From Leucoraja erinacea (taxonomy: Eukaryota), in contig NW_026576170.1 of NCBI RefSeq assembly GCF_028641065.1, forward strand, positions 1 to 45,110: a DNA stretch of 45,110 nucleotides, in the 5' to 3' direction. The stretch's first letter is position 1. Each line of letters starts with the position of its first letter. Below are positions 13,155 to 25,983 of this stretch, one piece after another. The notes beneath the pieces were generated by a model. That model was given only the letters and a program-made list of their open reading frames with translations, was not told the origin of the DNA and searched no databases. The position numbers were made by a program, and so were the translations under genes.

Positions 13155-13579
13155 GAATCAAACTCAGTCCCCTGGGTGCTGGCAACATCATCGCAAGTTT
13201 TCTCTGCACCCTTCCCTGCTGGACAACATCTTTCATATGACAAGTGCCCAAAACGGAACGCAATACCCTAAAGGTGGCCTCGCATCCTAACTTGCATCTA
13301 TCTCGCATCGAATCCGTTCCTTGCGGTTCGATGTGGGAATGGGGGTCATTTCTAACTCGGAATTAAATTTAAACAGAAAGTACATTTCGCCAGGCAATCA
13401 ACGTAACCTATAAATCCCGCATTGACCCGCTCCTCATAGTTCCTTTACATTATGATACCTTAGAGTTCCTCACAAAAGCCGAGCCGAGTTTCCCCTGTTA
13501 CAGCGATGAAGACGTTTCCTTCCCCCACCCAGTCACTACATGCCTAACCTGAAAGAACGCTGACCGAGTCCCAACTGGG

Positions 13580-13603
13580 GAGGAAGTTGAGGTAGGCGGA
13601 AGT
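13580..13603 (+). promoter_or_regulatory. Tandem Ets-type motifs in the putative family A V promoter
   Basis: GAGGAAGT and GCGGAAGT lie about 125-150 nt upstream of the leader ATG and are present in most copies. Function is inferred. Confidence 0.45.
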
Positions 13604-13726
13604 CAGCCGCTTCCCGCCCACCTTTACCCCAGCGCCACCAGCACCAGCAGGAGAGGCGAGAACATCCGAAAGCCGCACAGCACCAGATCGAGGAGAGAAT
13701 TTCACAAAGGGTTTTTCACAGGGAAA

Positions 13727-14659
13727 ATGCGCGTACTTGCCATTTGGATTGTGTGGGGAGCATGCCTGATAGGTAAAGTCGCAACAGTTAATCCGGCTAC
13801 TTACTCCGACGGAACGTCGACCATCATTGTGAATGCGAACCGGTCTAATATTTCCCTACATGTAAATGGAAAGCCGGGTACTATCTAACCGCCATCCATA
13901 TGCCATGGAGAAAATGAATTGGTATAGGTAATGTTTCGTGTCGAGACCCCTCTTCGGGTCACCTATTCCTTTTGTCAAGAGAGGCTGGCAGACCCGCTGA
14001 GTTACTCCAGCTTTTTGTGTCTAACTTCGGTTTAAGTCAGCATCTGCAGTTCCTTCCTACCTCTCAGCCGCGGCAATGTTCGATTCACCTCGATATGCAA
14101 GGGAACTATGCGATGCATATCCACCCCAGTGTCGACATTGGCCTTTGTCTCTGGAACTGATTCGCTACAATAAGAATAACTTTATTCTGCACTCTCCATC
14201 TTCCCTTTATCTATCTATTGAACGTGCGTTTGATTTGATTGTATTTAAGTATATTATCAGTTGATGTGTTTGGGTGACATGTAATACAAAGGTCTTCCGC
14301 GTATTTCGGTGCACGCATGACAAACCTAAACCTAATCCATATATTTTTTCAGATCCCAATCATGGAGATACCGTCACACAATCGCTGCCGTCAGCACAGA
14401 AGGTGGAAGGAGAGTCGGTGACTTTCAGCTGCACCTATGATACCGCAGAAACGAGCTACAACTTATTTTGGTACCGGCATCATCAGGACTCAAGGCCCGA
14501 GTTCATACTGAGGAAATATTCAGGAGGAACCGAGGAGAAAGCCGATTTTGCAGGCGATCGCTTCTCTTCCCAGCTCCAGACCGATAGAAAATTAGTCAGT
14601 TTAACCCTATCGGGGCTGGAGCTGAGCGACTCTGCAGTTTATTACTGCGCCTTTAGCCT
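13727..14659 (+). CDS. TRAV/TRDV: TCR alpha/delta V gene segment, family A (V4), intact; leader 13727-13772, V exon 14353-14659
   Basis: Leader, splice sites and open V (CTYDTAETSYNLFWY...YYCAFS). Confidence 0.93.
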
Positions 14660-14698
14660 CACAGTGATGGAAACCAGTGAAACCTTCATACAAAAACA
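14660..14698 (+). promoter_or_regulatory. 23-RSS of V4
   Basis: CACAGTG + 23 nt + ACAAAAACA. Confidence 0.95.
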
Positions 14699-17038
14699 TC
14701 AGCTTCTGCTTTGCCTGCTGCAGTGAGATACGTCTGCACCGCGCTTGCTGGTTGTGGTTTCCCGCCGCCTGAGAATTCTTCCCAACTCACTCAGTTTCTC
14801 TCGAGGGCGGCTTGCGGTGTCATCGGCGCAGCTGAAACCCACCGACTCCCTTTCTGTGCTCCGTGCTGAGGGCGGCATCTGTGTGAACAGAATCGCCATG
14901 TCTGGTGTCTGGAAAACACATGGATTGGGTTTAGATTTATAATGGCCAGAGATACAGTGATAGACTATGCTTTACATACTAGCTGGCAGACCAGATAACG
15001 ATCCATAAATACAACCCATTCAAACCGAAGTGCAATAGATAGAGCAAAGGGAAAGATACAGAGTGCAGAATAAAGTTCTCCACATTGTAGCGCATCAATT
15101 CCAGAATCAAATCCCAATGTCCACAATGGGGTCGATGTGCACCGGCCTGTACTCTACTTTATGGAGTTAAATCCTGTAGTACCCTGCCGAAGATAGGCAC
15201 AGAATGCAGGTGGGACAGAAGGCATATCCGGAGAGAAGATGGGTGACGTTTCGGGTCAAGACCGAGATTCAGGAGAGAGGGAGACTAGAGATATGGAACG
15301 GTAAGGTGTGATAACGAGAGATTAAAACGGACGCTGGTCCAGGAAATGTCTAATATCATTGTTAGCTGGGGGGGAAGGCAAAAACTTGGCATTCAAACAG
15401 AAACATTAGTGCGATTATGAATGATAACGAAATTGAAAATGTATCGCTTATTGGCGACGCCGATCAACACCATCTTCTTCATCTGTGTGGTCCCTACATT
15501 AGCGATATTCGCCTCGATTGGGGAACGCAATGTGGCTCATTGCAGCTGAGAGCAGTACATCGAGTCAGCGGGATCTCGGAGAGGGCCCACGAGGTCACGG
15601 CGAGAACCTGCAATCTCCGTACAGACAGCACCCGTAGACGGGATCGATCCCGTGTCTCCGGCGCTGCAAGTGCTGTAAGGCAGCAACTCTGCTGCTGCGC
15701 CACCGTGGCCGCCCGGAATTTAATATGGTTGGGTTGGGTTGGAATGATGGGCAGGGCAAAAAATTCACGCGAATGCTTTGAGGTTTGCGAGAGCACTGTG
15801 AATGTTGGTAAATGAATACAACGCATTTTCGCGGAGAATAATAAAGATAGGCACCAAGTTAAAAAAAGATATCCACACGCTAAAGAAACATTCAAAATAA
15901 CAAAATAGCCTTCTCCCCCTTGAATAAACTGTGATCTGGTAAATGTTTGATGAAGCGAGGGGTGGATCTCATCATTGAAACTGGAGATGACCAACCAACA
16001 TAATAATTTGCAGCAGTTTGAAGTGTGACATATGGTTGTTAAAGTAGAGGAGCGTCTTGGCGTTCAAACCTTCATCTCAATCTCGGATTCAATGCCTTTC
16101 TCTCAACATCTCCTCTGTGCCGTTTTACAAAGCACTTGCCCACATATCGCCCTTACTCGTGCCTTGACTCTTATTCCCTTTCATCCCCTGACAAAGCTCG
16201 ATTGCTACAATAGTATTATCAGTGCAATTAGGTGTATGTATGTTGTAAGATAATTCATTGATTTAATTGAGAAATTCTGGTCACTGTCATTTTGAAGAGC
16301 GAGCGCCGTTGTGGAAATCTTTGGCGACTTGAAGCTTATCTTTAGCATTCTCTTAGAATATTATTGTTACTGATATTCAACCCGACGTGTTTCACCCCAA
16401 GGTCTGCCTCATTGATTACTGTATTCAGATGAAATATACCGTAGGTCCAACAGTAGCAGTGCCCCCAGGTTCGACTCTGTAGATCTGTGATTAGACGGAG
16501 TATTTGGGAAAGAAGCTTGCAGTGTAGTTACCCGATTGACCAACTAACCGGGATACACGCCTGTGTACACTGCGATGACGATACATTCCCTCTATAACAA
16601 TTAAATACAAGGTTATTCTGCCGATCACTTATTTTCGCAGCCGAGTCCAAGCAGATCAATAACATTTGAACTTTTTAAGACACGGCAACATGATCCAGAA
16701 AGATATCCAATTTAACGAACACATTTTATGTAGCAATGTGTCTTTATTTGAAATAAAGGTAATTTTCATCGTGCTTATTTCACTTCCTGATGCAGTAATT
16801 AGGTTCGCGCTAAGCGTTTCTTCAGTATATCTGACCCATTCTACCAGAACAGCCTTCCAGTCTATTCTGGAAAACAAGTCACGTATGACTAGAGATGCTG
16901 GAATGTTCAGCAAATCTAAAATGATGTGTTGGAGGATGTCAGCGGCGTCTGCCCGACATTGTACAAGATATGGAATGCAAAGCATAGTTCATCACTATAT
17001 CTGACCATTATAAATCTACCCCCAATCCATGTGTTTTC

Positions 17039-17610
17039 CAGTATGAACTCGGGCCTTGAGTCCTGATGATGCCGGTACCAAAATAAGACGTAGTACGTTG
17101 CTGCGGTATCATAAGTGCAGCTGGAAGTCATCGAGTCTCCTTCCACCTTCTGTGCTGACGGCAGCGATTGTGTGACGGTATGTCCATGATTGGGATTGAA
17201 AAAATGTATGGATTAGGTTTAGGTTTGTCATACGTGCACCGAAATACGCGGAAGACCTTTGTATTACATGTCACCCAAACAGATCAACTGATAATATACT
17301 TAAATACAATCAAATCAAACGCACGTTCAATAGATAGATAAAGGGAAGATAGCGAGTGCAGAATAAAAGGAATAGGTGACCTGAAGAAGGGTCTCGACAC
17401 GAAACATTACCTATACCAATTCATTTTCTCCATGGCATATGATGGCGATTAGATAATACCCGGCTTTCCATTTACATGTAGGGGAAGATTAGACCGGTTC
17501 GCATTCACAATAATGGTCGACATTCAGTCGGAGTATGTAGCTGGATTAACTGTTGCGACTTTACCTATCAGGCATGCTCCCCACACAATCCAAATGGCAA
17601 ATACGAGCAT
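17039..17610 (-). pseudogene. 3'-truncated family A V pseudogene; leader 17610-17565, half V exon 17196-17039
   Basis: The V ends at ...RPEFIL and is fused to 3'-flank sequence. CDR2, FR3 and the RSS are missing, and the acceptor AG has lost its G. Confidence 0.88.
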
Positions 17611-19513
17611 TTTCCCTGTGAAACCCCTTTGTGAACTTCCCTCCTCGACCTGATGCTGTGCAGCTTTCGGATGTTCTCGCCTCTACTTTTGGTGCTGGTG
17701 GCGCAGTGGTAAGGGTGGGCGGGAAGTGAGTGACTTCCGCCTACCTCAACTTCCTCCCCAGTTGGGACTCGGTCCGCGTTCTTTCAGGTTAGGCATGTAG
17801 TGACTGGGTTAGGGAAGAATCGTCTTCAACGCTGTAACAGGGGAAACTCGCATCTGCTTTTGTGAGGAACTCAATGGTATCATAATGTAAAGCAACTATG
17901 AGGAGCGGGTCAATGCGGGAATTATCGGTCACGTTGATGGCCTGGCGAAATGTACTTTCTGTTTAAATTTATCTCCGAGTTAGAAATTATCCCCATTCCC
18001 ACATCGAACCGCAAGGAACGGATTCAATGCGAGATACATGCAAGTTAGGATGCGAGGCCACCTTTAGTGTATTGCATTCCGTTTTGGGCACTTGTCATAT
18101 GAAACATGTCGTCAAGCAGGAAAGGGTGCAGAGAATACTTGGGATGATGTTGCCAGCACCCAAAGGACTGAGTTTTGTTTAATGTAGTTCATAGATAGAG
18201 GCCGGAAACGGGCCCTTCGGCTCACCGAGTCCGCACCTACCATTGATCCCCGTACATCAACAATACCCTACACACACTAGGGACAATTTGACATTGATAA
18301 CAAGCCAATTAACCTACAAACATGGACGCCTTTGGAGTGTGGGCGGAAACCTAAGATCTCGGAGAAAACCCACGCTAGGCGCGGGGAGGGCGTACAAACT
18401 GTGTACAGCCAATGGTTCATATTAAATCCCCACCACACACACACACACACACACCATCAACCTGTATCCTCTGGTTCTCTATTCCTCTATACGGGGCAAG
18501 TGACTCTGTGCGTTTACCCGATCTACTCCTCTCACGATTTTGGACACCCTTCACCCCCCTGCGCATCGTGGAATAGTCCTAGCCACCTCATCCTCACCAT
18601 GTAGCTCAGTGGCACGGCGGCACGGTGACGTAACGGTATAGCTACTTCCTTACTGCGCCAGAGACACGGGTATCCTGACTACGGGTGCTTGTATGTACAA
18701 TTTGTACGCTCTCCCCGTGACCTGCGTGGGTTTTCTCCGAGATCTTGGGTTTTAGCACGCGATCCAAAGACGTACATGTTTGTAGGTTAATTGGCTTGTT
18801 ATAAATACCCAGACTATGGAACAGCATCCCTCTTCCCATCAGAACAGCCCCCTCCATCAAATCTTTTAAGTCTAGACTTAAAACGTATTTCTACTCCCAA
18901 GCCTTTCTTGAGGTCCCCTGAGGGAGCGCTGCATGCGTGTACTTCTGTATGTATTGTTGATCTCTGTACAACTGTTTGTAGCACGTTTAGTACCTGCGCT
19001 AATGTAAAGCACTTTGCACAACGGGAGTTGTTTTTAAATGTGCTATGGAAATAAAATTGACTTGACAGGATTTAATCAATGTCAAATTGTCCCTAGTGTG
19101 TGTAGGGTATTGTTGATGTGCGGGGATCACTGGTAGGTGCGGACTCGGTGGGCCGAACGGCCAGTTTCCGCGCTGTATCTCTTTACTACACGAATCAAAC
19201 TCAGTCCCCTGGGTGCTGGCAACATCATCGCAAGTTTTCTCTGCACCCTTCCCTGCTGGACACGATCTTTCATGTGACTAGTGCGCAAAACGGAACGCAG
19301 TACTCTAAAGGTGGCCTCGCATCCTAACTTGCATCTATCTCGCATCGAATCCGTTCCTTGCCGTTCGATATGAGAATGGGGGTCATTTCTAACTCGGAAT
19401 TTCCGCCCACCGTTACCCCAGCGCCACCAGCACCAGCAGGAGAGGCGAGAACATCCGAAAGCCGCACAGCACCAGATCGAGAGAATTTCACAAAGGGGTT
19501 TTTCACAGGGAAA

Positions 19514-20436
19514 ATGCGCGTATTTGCCATTTGGATTGTGTGGGGAGCATGCCTGATAGGTAAAGTCGCAACAGTTTTTCCGTCACCTTACTCCGACGGA
19601 ACGTCGACCATCATTGTGATTGCGAACCGGTCTAATCTTTCCCTACATGTAAATGGAAAGCCGGGTACTATCTAACCGCCATCCACATGCCATGGAGAAA
19701 ATGAATTGGTATAGGTAATGTTTCGGGTCGAGATCCTTCTTTGGGTCACCTATTCCTTTTGCCAAGGGAGGCTGGCAGACCCGCTGAGTTACTGTGTCTA
19801 ACTTCGGTTTAAGTCAGCATCTGCAGTTCCTTCCTACCTCTCAGCCGCGGCCATGTTCGATTCACCTCGATATGCAAGGGAACTATGCGATGCATATCTA
19901 CCCCAGTGTCGACATTGGCCTTTGTCTCTGGAACTGATTCCCTACAATAATAATAACTTTATTCTGCACTCGCTATCTTCCCTATGTCTATCTATTGCGC
20001 GTGCGTTTGATATGATTGTATTTATGTATATTATCAGTTGATGTGTTTGGGTGACATGTAATACAAAGGTCTTACGCGTATTTCGGTGCACGCATGACAA
20101 ACCTAAACCTAATCCATATATTTTTTCAGATCCCAATCATGGAGATACCGTCACACAATCGCTGCCGTCAGCACAGAAGGTGGAAGGAGAGTCGGTGACT
20201 TTCAGCTGCACCTATGATACCGCAGCAACGAGCTATCACTTATTTTGGTACCGGCATCATCAGGACTCAAGGCCCGAGTTCATAGTGAGGAAACATTCAG
20301 GAGGAACCGGGGAGAAAGCCGATTTTGCAGGCGATCGCTTCTCTGCCCAGCTCCAGACCGATAGAAAAGTCGTCAGTTTAACCCTATCGGGGCTGGAGCT
20401 GAGCGACTCTGCAGTTTATTACTGCGCCTTTGGACT
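19514..20436 (+). CDS. TRAV/TRDV: TCR alpha/delta V gene segment, family A (V5), intact ORF; leader 19514-19559, V exon 20130-20436
   Basis: Leader MRVFAIWIVWGACLI-G and V CTYDTAATSYHLFWY...YYCAFG. Confidence 0.92.
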
Positions 20437-20475
20437 CACAGTGATGGAAACCAGTGAAACCTTCATACAAAAACA
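20437..20475 (+). promoter_or_regulatory. 23-RSS of V5
   Basis: CACAGTG + 23 nt + ACAAAAACA. Confidence 0.95.
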
Positions 20476-22836
20476 TCAGCTTCTGCTTTGCCTGCTGCAG
20501 TGAGATACGTCTGCACCGCGCTTGCTGGTTGTGGTTTCTCGCCCTCTGAGAATTCTTCCCAACTCACTCAGTTTCTCTCGAGAGCGGCTTGCGGTGTTAT
20601 CGGCGCAAATTGAAAATGTATCGCTTATTGGCGACGCCGATCAACATCATCTTCTTCATCTGTGTGTTCCCTACATTGGCGACATTCGGCTCGATTGCGG
20701 GAACGCATTGTAGCTCATTGCAGCTGAGAGCAGTACATCGAGTCAGCAGGATCTCGGAGAAGACCCACGAGGTCACGGCGAGAACCTACAAACTCCGTAC
20801 AGACAGCACCCGTAGACGGGATCGATCCCGTGTCTCCGGCGCTGCAAAAGCTGTAAGGCAACAACTCTACTGCTGCGCCACCGTGGCCGCCCGGAATTTA
20901 ATTGGGTTGGGTTGGAATGGTGGGCTGGGTAAATAATTCAAGCGAATGCTTTGCGGTTTGGGAGAGCACCGTGAATGTTGGTAAATGAACACAACGCATT
21001 TTCGCGGAGAATAATAAAGATATGCACCTGACGAAATGTACCTTCCGTTTAAATTTATCTCCGAGTTAGACATTATCCCCATTCCAACATCGAACCGCAG
21101 GGAACGGATTCAATGCGAGACAGATGCAAGTTAGGATGCGAGGCCACCTTTAGAGTATTGCGTTCCGTTTTGGGCACTTGTCATATGAAACATGTCGTCA
21201 AGCAGGAAATGGTGCAGATAATACTTGGGATGATGTTGCCAGCACCCAAGGGACTGAGATTTGTTTAGTGCAGTTCAGAGATAGAGCGCGGAAACGGGCC
21301 CTTCGGCCAAAGGCGTCCGCACCTACCAGTGATCCCCGCACATTAACAATACCCAAACTAGGGACAATTTTACATTGATAATAAGTCAATTAACCTACAA
21401 ACATGGACGCCTTTGGAGTGTGGGCGGAAAACGAAGATCTCGGAGAAAATCCACGCAAGGCGCGGGGAGGGCGTACAAACTGTGTACAGACAATGGTTCA
21501 TATTAAAGCCCCACCACACGCACACACCTTCAACTTGTATCCTCTGGTTCTCTATTCCCCTATACGGGGCAAGTGACTCTGTGCGTTTACCAGATCTACT
21601 CCTCTCATGATTTTGGACACCCTTCACCCCCCCTGCGCATCGTGGAATAGTCCTAGCCACCTCATCCTCACCATGTAGCACAGTGGCACGGCGGCACGGT
21701 GACGTAACGGTGTAGCTACTTCCTTACTGCGCCAGAGACACGGGTATCCTGACTACGGGTGCTTGTATGTACAGTTTGTAGACTCTCGCCGTGACTTGCG
21801 AGGGTTTTCTCCAAGATCTTGGGGTTTCGCCCACAATCCAAAGACGTACATGTTTGTAGGTTAAGTGGCTTGTTATAAATACCAACACAATGGAACAGCA
21901 TCCCTCTTCCCACCAGAACAGCCCCCTCCATCAACTCTTTTAAGTCTAGATTGAAAACGTATTTCTACTCTCAAACATTTCTTGAGGTCCCCTGAGGGAG
22001 CGCTGCATGTGTGTACTTCTGTATGTATTGTTGATCTCTGTACAACTGTTTGTATCGCGTTTAGTAACTGCACTAATATAAAGCTCTTTGCATAACGAGA
22101 GTTGTTATTAAATGTGCTATAGAAATAAATTGACTTGACTTGACTTGATCAATGTAAAATTGTCCCTGGTGTGTGTAGGGTATTGTTGATGTGCGGGGAT
22201 CACTGATAGGTGCGGACACGGTGGGCCGAAGGGCCAGTTTCCGCGCTGTATCTCTGAACTACACGAATCAAACTCAGTCCCTTGGGTGCTGGCAACATCA
22301 TCGCACGTTTTCTCTGCACCCTTCCCTGCTGGACAACATCTTTCATATGACAAGTGCCCAAAACGGAACGCAATACTCTAAAGGTGGCCTCGCATCCTAA
22401 CTTGCATCTATCTCGCATCGAATCCGTTCCTTGCGGTTCGATGTGGGAATGGGGGTCATTTCTAACTCGGAATTAAATTTAAACAGAAAGTACATTTCGC
22501 CAGGCAATCAACGTAACCTATAAATCCCGCATTGACCCGCTCCTCATAGTTCCTTTACATTATGATACCTTAGAGTTCCTCACAAAAGCCGAGCCGAGTT
22601 TCCCCTGTTACAGCGATGAAGACGTTTCCTTCCCCCACCCAGTCACTACATGCCTAACCTGAAAGAACGCTGACCGAGTCCCAACTGGGGAGGAAGTTGA
22701 GGTAGGCGGAAGTCAGCCGCTTCCCGCCCACCGTTACCCCAGCGCCACCAGCACCAGCAGGAGAGGCGAGAACATCCGAAAGCCGCACAGCACCAGATCG
22801 AGGAGAGAATTTCACAAAGGGTTTTTCACAGGGAAA

Positions 22837-23769
22837 ATGCGCGTACTTGCCATTTGGATTGTGTGGGGAGCATGCCTGATAGGTAAAGTCGCAACAGTTA
22901 ATCCGGCTACTTGCTCCGACGGAAGGTCGACCATCATTGTGAATGCGAACCGGTCTAATATTTCCCTACATGTAAATGGAAAGCCGGGTACTATCTAACC
23001 GCCATCCATATGCCATGGAGAAAATTAATTGCTATTGGTAATGTTTCGGGTCGAGACCCTTCTTCTGGTCACGAATTATTTTTGCCAAAGAGAGGCTGGC
23101 TGACCCGCTGAGTTACTCCAGCTTTTCGTGTCTAACTTCGGTTTAATTCAGCATCTGCAGTTCCTCCCTACCTCTCAGCCGCGGCAATGTTCGATTCACC
23201 TCGATATGCAAGGGAACTATGCGATGCATATCTACCCCAGTGTCGACATTTGCCTTTGTCTCTGGAACTGATTCGCTACAATAATATTAACTTTATTCTG
23301 CACTCGCCAACTTCCATTTAACTATCTATTAAACGTGCGTTTGATTTGATTGTATTTAAGTATATTATCAGTTGATGTGTTTGGGTGACATGTAATACAA
23401 AGATCTTCCGCGTATTCCGGGGCACGCATGACAAACCCAAACCTAATCCATATATTTTTCAGATCCCAATCATGGAGATACCGTCACACAATCGCTGCCG
23501 TCAGCACAGAGGGTAGAAGGAGAGTCGATTACTTTCAGCTGCACCTATGACACCGCAGCAACCTACTACTACTTATTTTGGTACCGGCATCATCAGGACT
23601 CAAGGCCCGAGTTCATACTGTATAAATATTCACATGAATACGAGGAGAAAGCCGGTTTTGCAGGCGATCGCTTCTCTTCCCAGCTCCAGACCGATAGAAA
23701 ATTAGTCAGTTTAACCCTATCGGGGCTGGAGCTGAGCGACTCTGCAGTTTATTACTGCGCCTTTAGACT
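22837..23769 (+). CDS. TRAV/TRDV: TCR alpha/delta V gene segment, family A (V6), intact; leader 22837-22882, V exon 23463-23769
   Basis: Absent from the ORF track, but manual translation is open: DTVTQSLPSAQRVEGESITFSCTYDTAATYYYLFWYRHHQDSRPEFILYKYSHEYEEKAGF...YYCAFR. Confidence 0.92.
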
Positions 23770-23808
23770 CACAGTGATGGAAACCAGTGAAACCTTCATA
23801 CAAAAACA
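23770..23808 (+). promoter_or_regulatory. 23-RSS of V6
   Basis: CACAGTG + 23 nt + ACAAAAACA. Confidence 0.95.
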
Positions 23809-25983
23809 TCAAGCTTCTGCTTTGCCTGCTACAGCGAGATACGTCTGCACCGCGCTTGCTGGTTGTGGTTTCCCGCCGCCTGAGAATTCTTCCCAACTCA
23901 CTCAGTTTCTCTCGAGAGCGGCTTGCGGTGTCATCGGCGCAGCTGAAACCCACCAACTCCCTTTCTGTGCTCCGTGCTGAGGGCGGCATCTGTGTGGACA
24001 GAATCGCCATGTCTGGTGTCTGGAAAACACATGGATTGGGTTTAGATTTATAATGGTCAGAGATATAGTGATGAACTATGCTTTACATACTAACTGGCAG
24101 ACCAGATAACGATCCATAAATACAACCCATTCAAACCGAAGTGCAATAGATAGAGCAAAGGGAAAGATACAGAGTGCAGAATAAAGTTCTCCACATTGTA
24201 GCGCATCAATTCCAGAATCAAATCCCAATGTCCACAATGGGGTCGATGTGCACCGGCCTGTACTCTACTTTATGGAGTTAAATCTTAAATGCTGGTGGGA
24301 CAGGACGCATTTCCGAGAGACGATGGGTGACGTTTGGGGTCGTGACTGAGATTCAGGGGAGAGGGAGACTAGAGATATGGAACGGTAAGGTGTGATAACG
24401 AGAGATTAAAATGGACGCTGGTCCAGGAAATGTCTAAATATCATTGTTAGCTGGGGGGGAAGGCAACGACTTGGCATTCAAACAGAAACATTAGTGCGAT
24501 TATAAATGATAACGAAATTGAAAATGTATCGCTTATTGGCGACGCCGATCAACATCATCTTCTTCATCTGTGTGTTCCCTACATTGGCGATATTCGCCTC
24601 GATTGTGGAACGCAATGTAGCTCATTGCAGCTGAGAGCAGTACATCGAGTCAGCAGCATCTTGAAGAAGACCCACGAGGTCACGGCGAGAACCTACAAAC
24701 TCCGTACAGACAGCACCCATCGACGGGATCGATCCCGTGTCTCCGGCGCTGCAAGTGCTGTAAGGCAGCAACTGTACTGCTGCGCCACCGTGGCCGCCCG
24801 GAATTTAATTTGGTTGGGTTGGAATGGTGGGCAGGATAAATAATTCACGCGAATGCTTTGCGGTTTGGGAGCGCACCGTGAATGTTGGTAAATGAACACA
24901 ACGCATTTTCGCGGAGAATAATAAAGATAGGCACCAAGTCAAGAAAGATTTCCACACGCTAAAAAAACCCTTCAAAATAACAAAATGGCCTTCTCCTCCT
25001 TAAGTAAACTGTGATGTGGTAAATGTTTGATGAAGCGAGGAGTGGATCTCATCATTGAATCTGGAGATGAACAACCAACAGAATAACTTGCAGCACTTTG
25101 AAATGTGACATATGGCTGTTAAAGTAGAGGAGCGTCTTGGCGTTCAAATCTTCATCTCAATCTCGGATTCCATGCCTTTCTCTTAACATCTCCTCTGTGC
25201 TATTTTACAAAGCACTTGCCCACATATCGCCCCTACTCGTGCCTTGACCCTTATCACCTTTCATCCCCTGAAAAAGCTCGATTGTTTTAATATTATTATC
25301 AGTGGCATTAGTTGTATGTATGTTGTAAGATAATTCATTGAATTAATTGAGACATTCTTGTCACTGTTATTTTGAAGAGCGAGCGCCCGGTGTGGAAATC
25401 GTTGGCGACTTGAAGCCTGTCTTTAGCATTCTCTTAGAACATTATTGTCACCGATATTCACTCGAAGTGTTTCACCCCAAGTTTTGCCTCACTGATTACT
25501 GTATTCAGATGAAATATACCGTAGGTCCAACAGTAGCAGTGCCCCCCAAGTTCGTCTCTTTAGATCTGTTACTAGTCGGAGTATTATGGAAAGAAGCTTG
25601 CAGTGTAGTTACCCGATTGACCAACTAACCGGGATACACGCCTGTGTACACTGCGATGACGATCCATTCCCTCTATATAGCAATGTTACAAAATTTTGAG
25701 ATTTAAAAAATCAAGTCTGTAATTTATCCCATCAGATAAAGCATAAAAAGAAGTTTAATTTGACACCTAATTCACTTTCATATCTCAAGTATTTAAAAAG
25801 TTATGGCCATTTTCATACTCGGAAATTAGCATCTTGTTCCCTATTGGTTTTCTATGGACATAACAAAAAAGCTGTGATCGTGTGCTGTCAAAAGGCCATA
25901 ACCTTCTTAAAAATTAAGAGAACTGAATGAAATTTTCAGTTATCGTAGATTGAACCATTCTGAAACAAATATAAAATAATCTA

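Noticed and set aside
12291-13308. Recurrent short ORFs shared across the duplicons
   Set aside because: They are translations of SINE/LINE fragments, and their recurrence reflects recent duplication.
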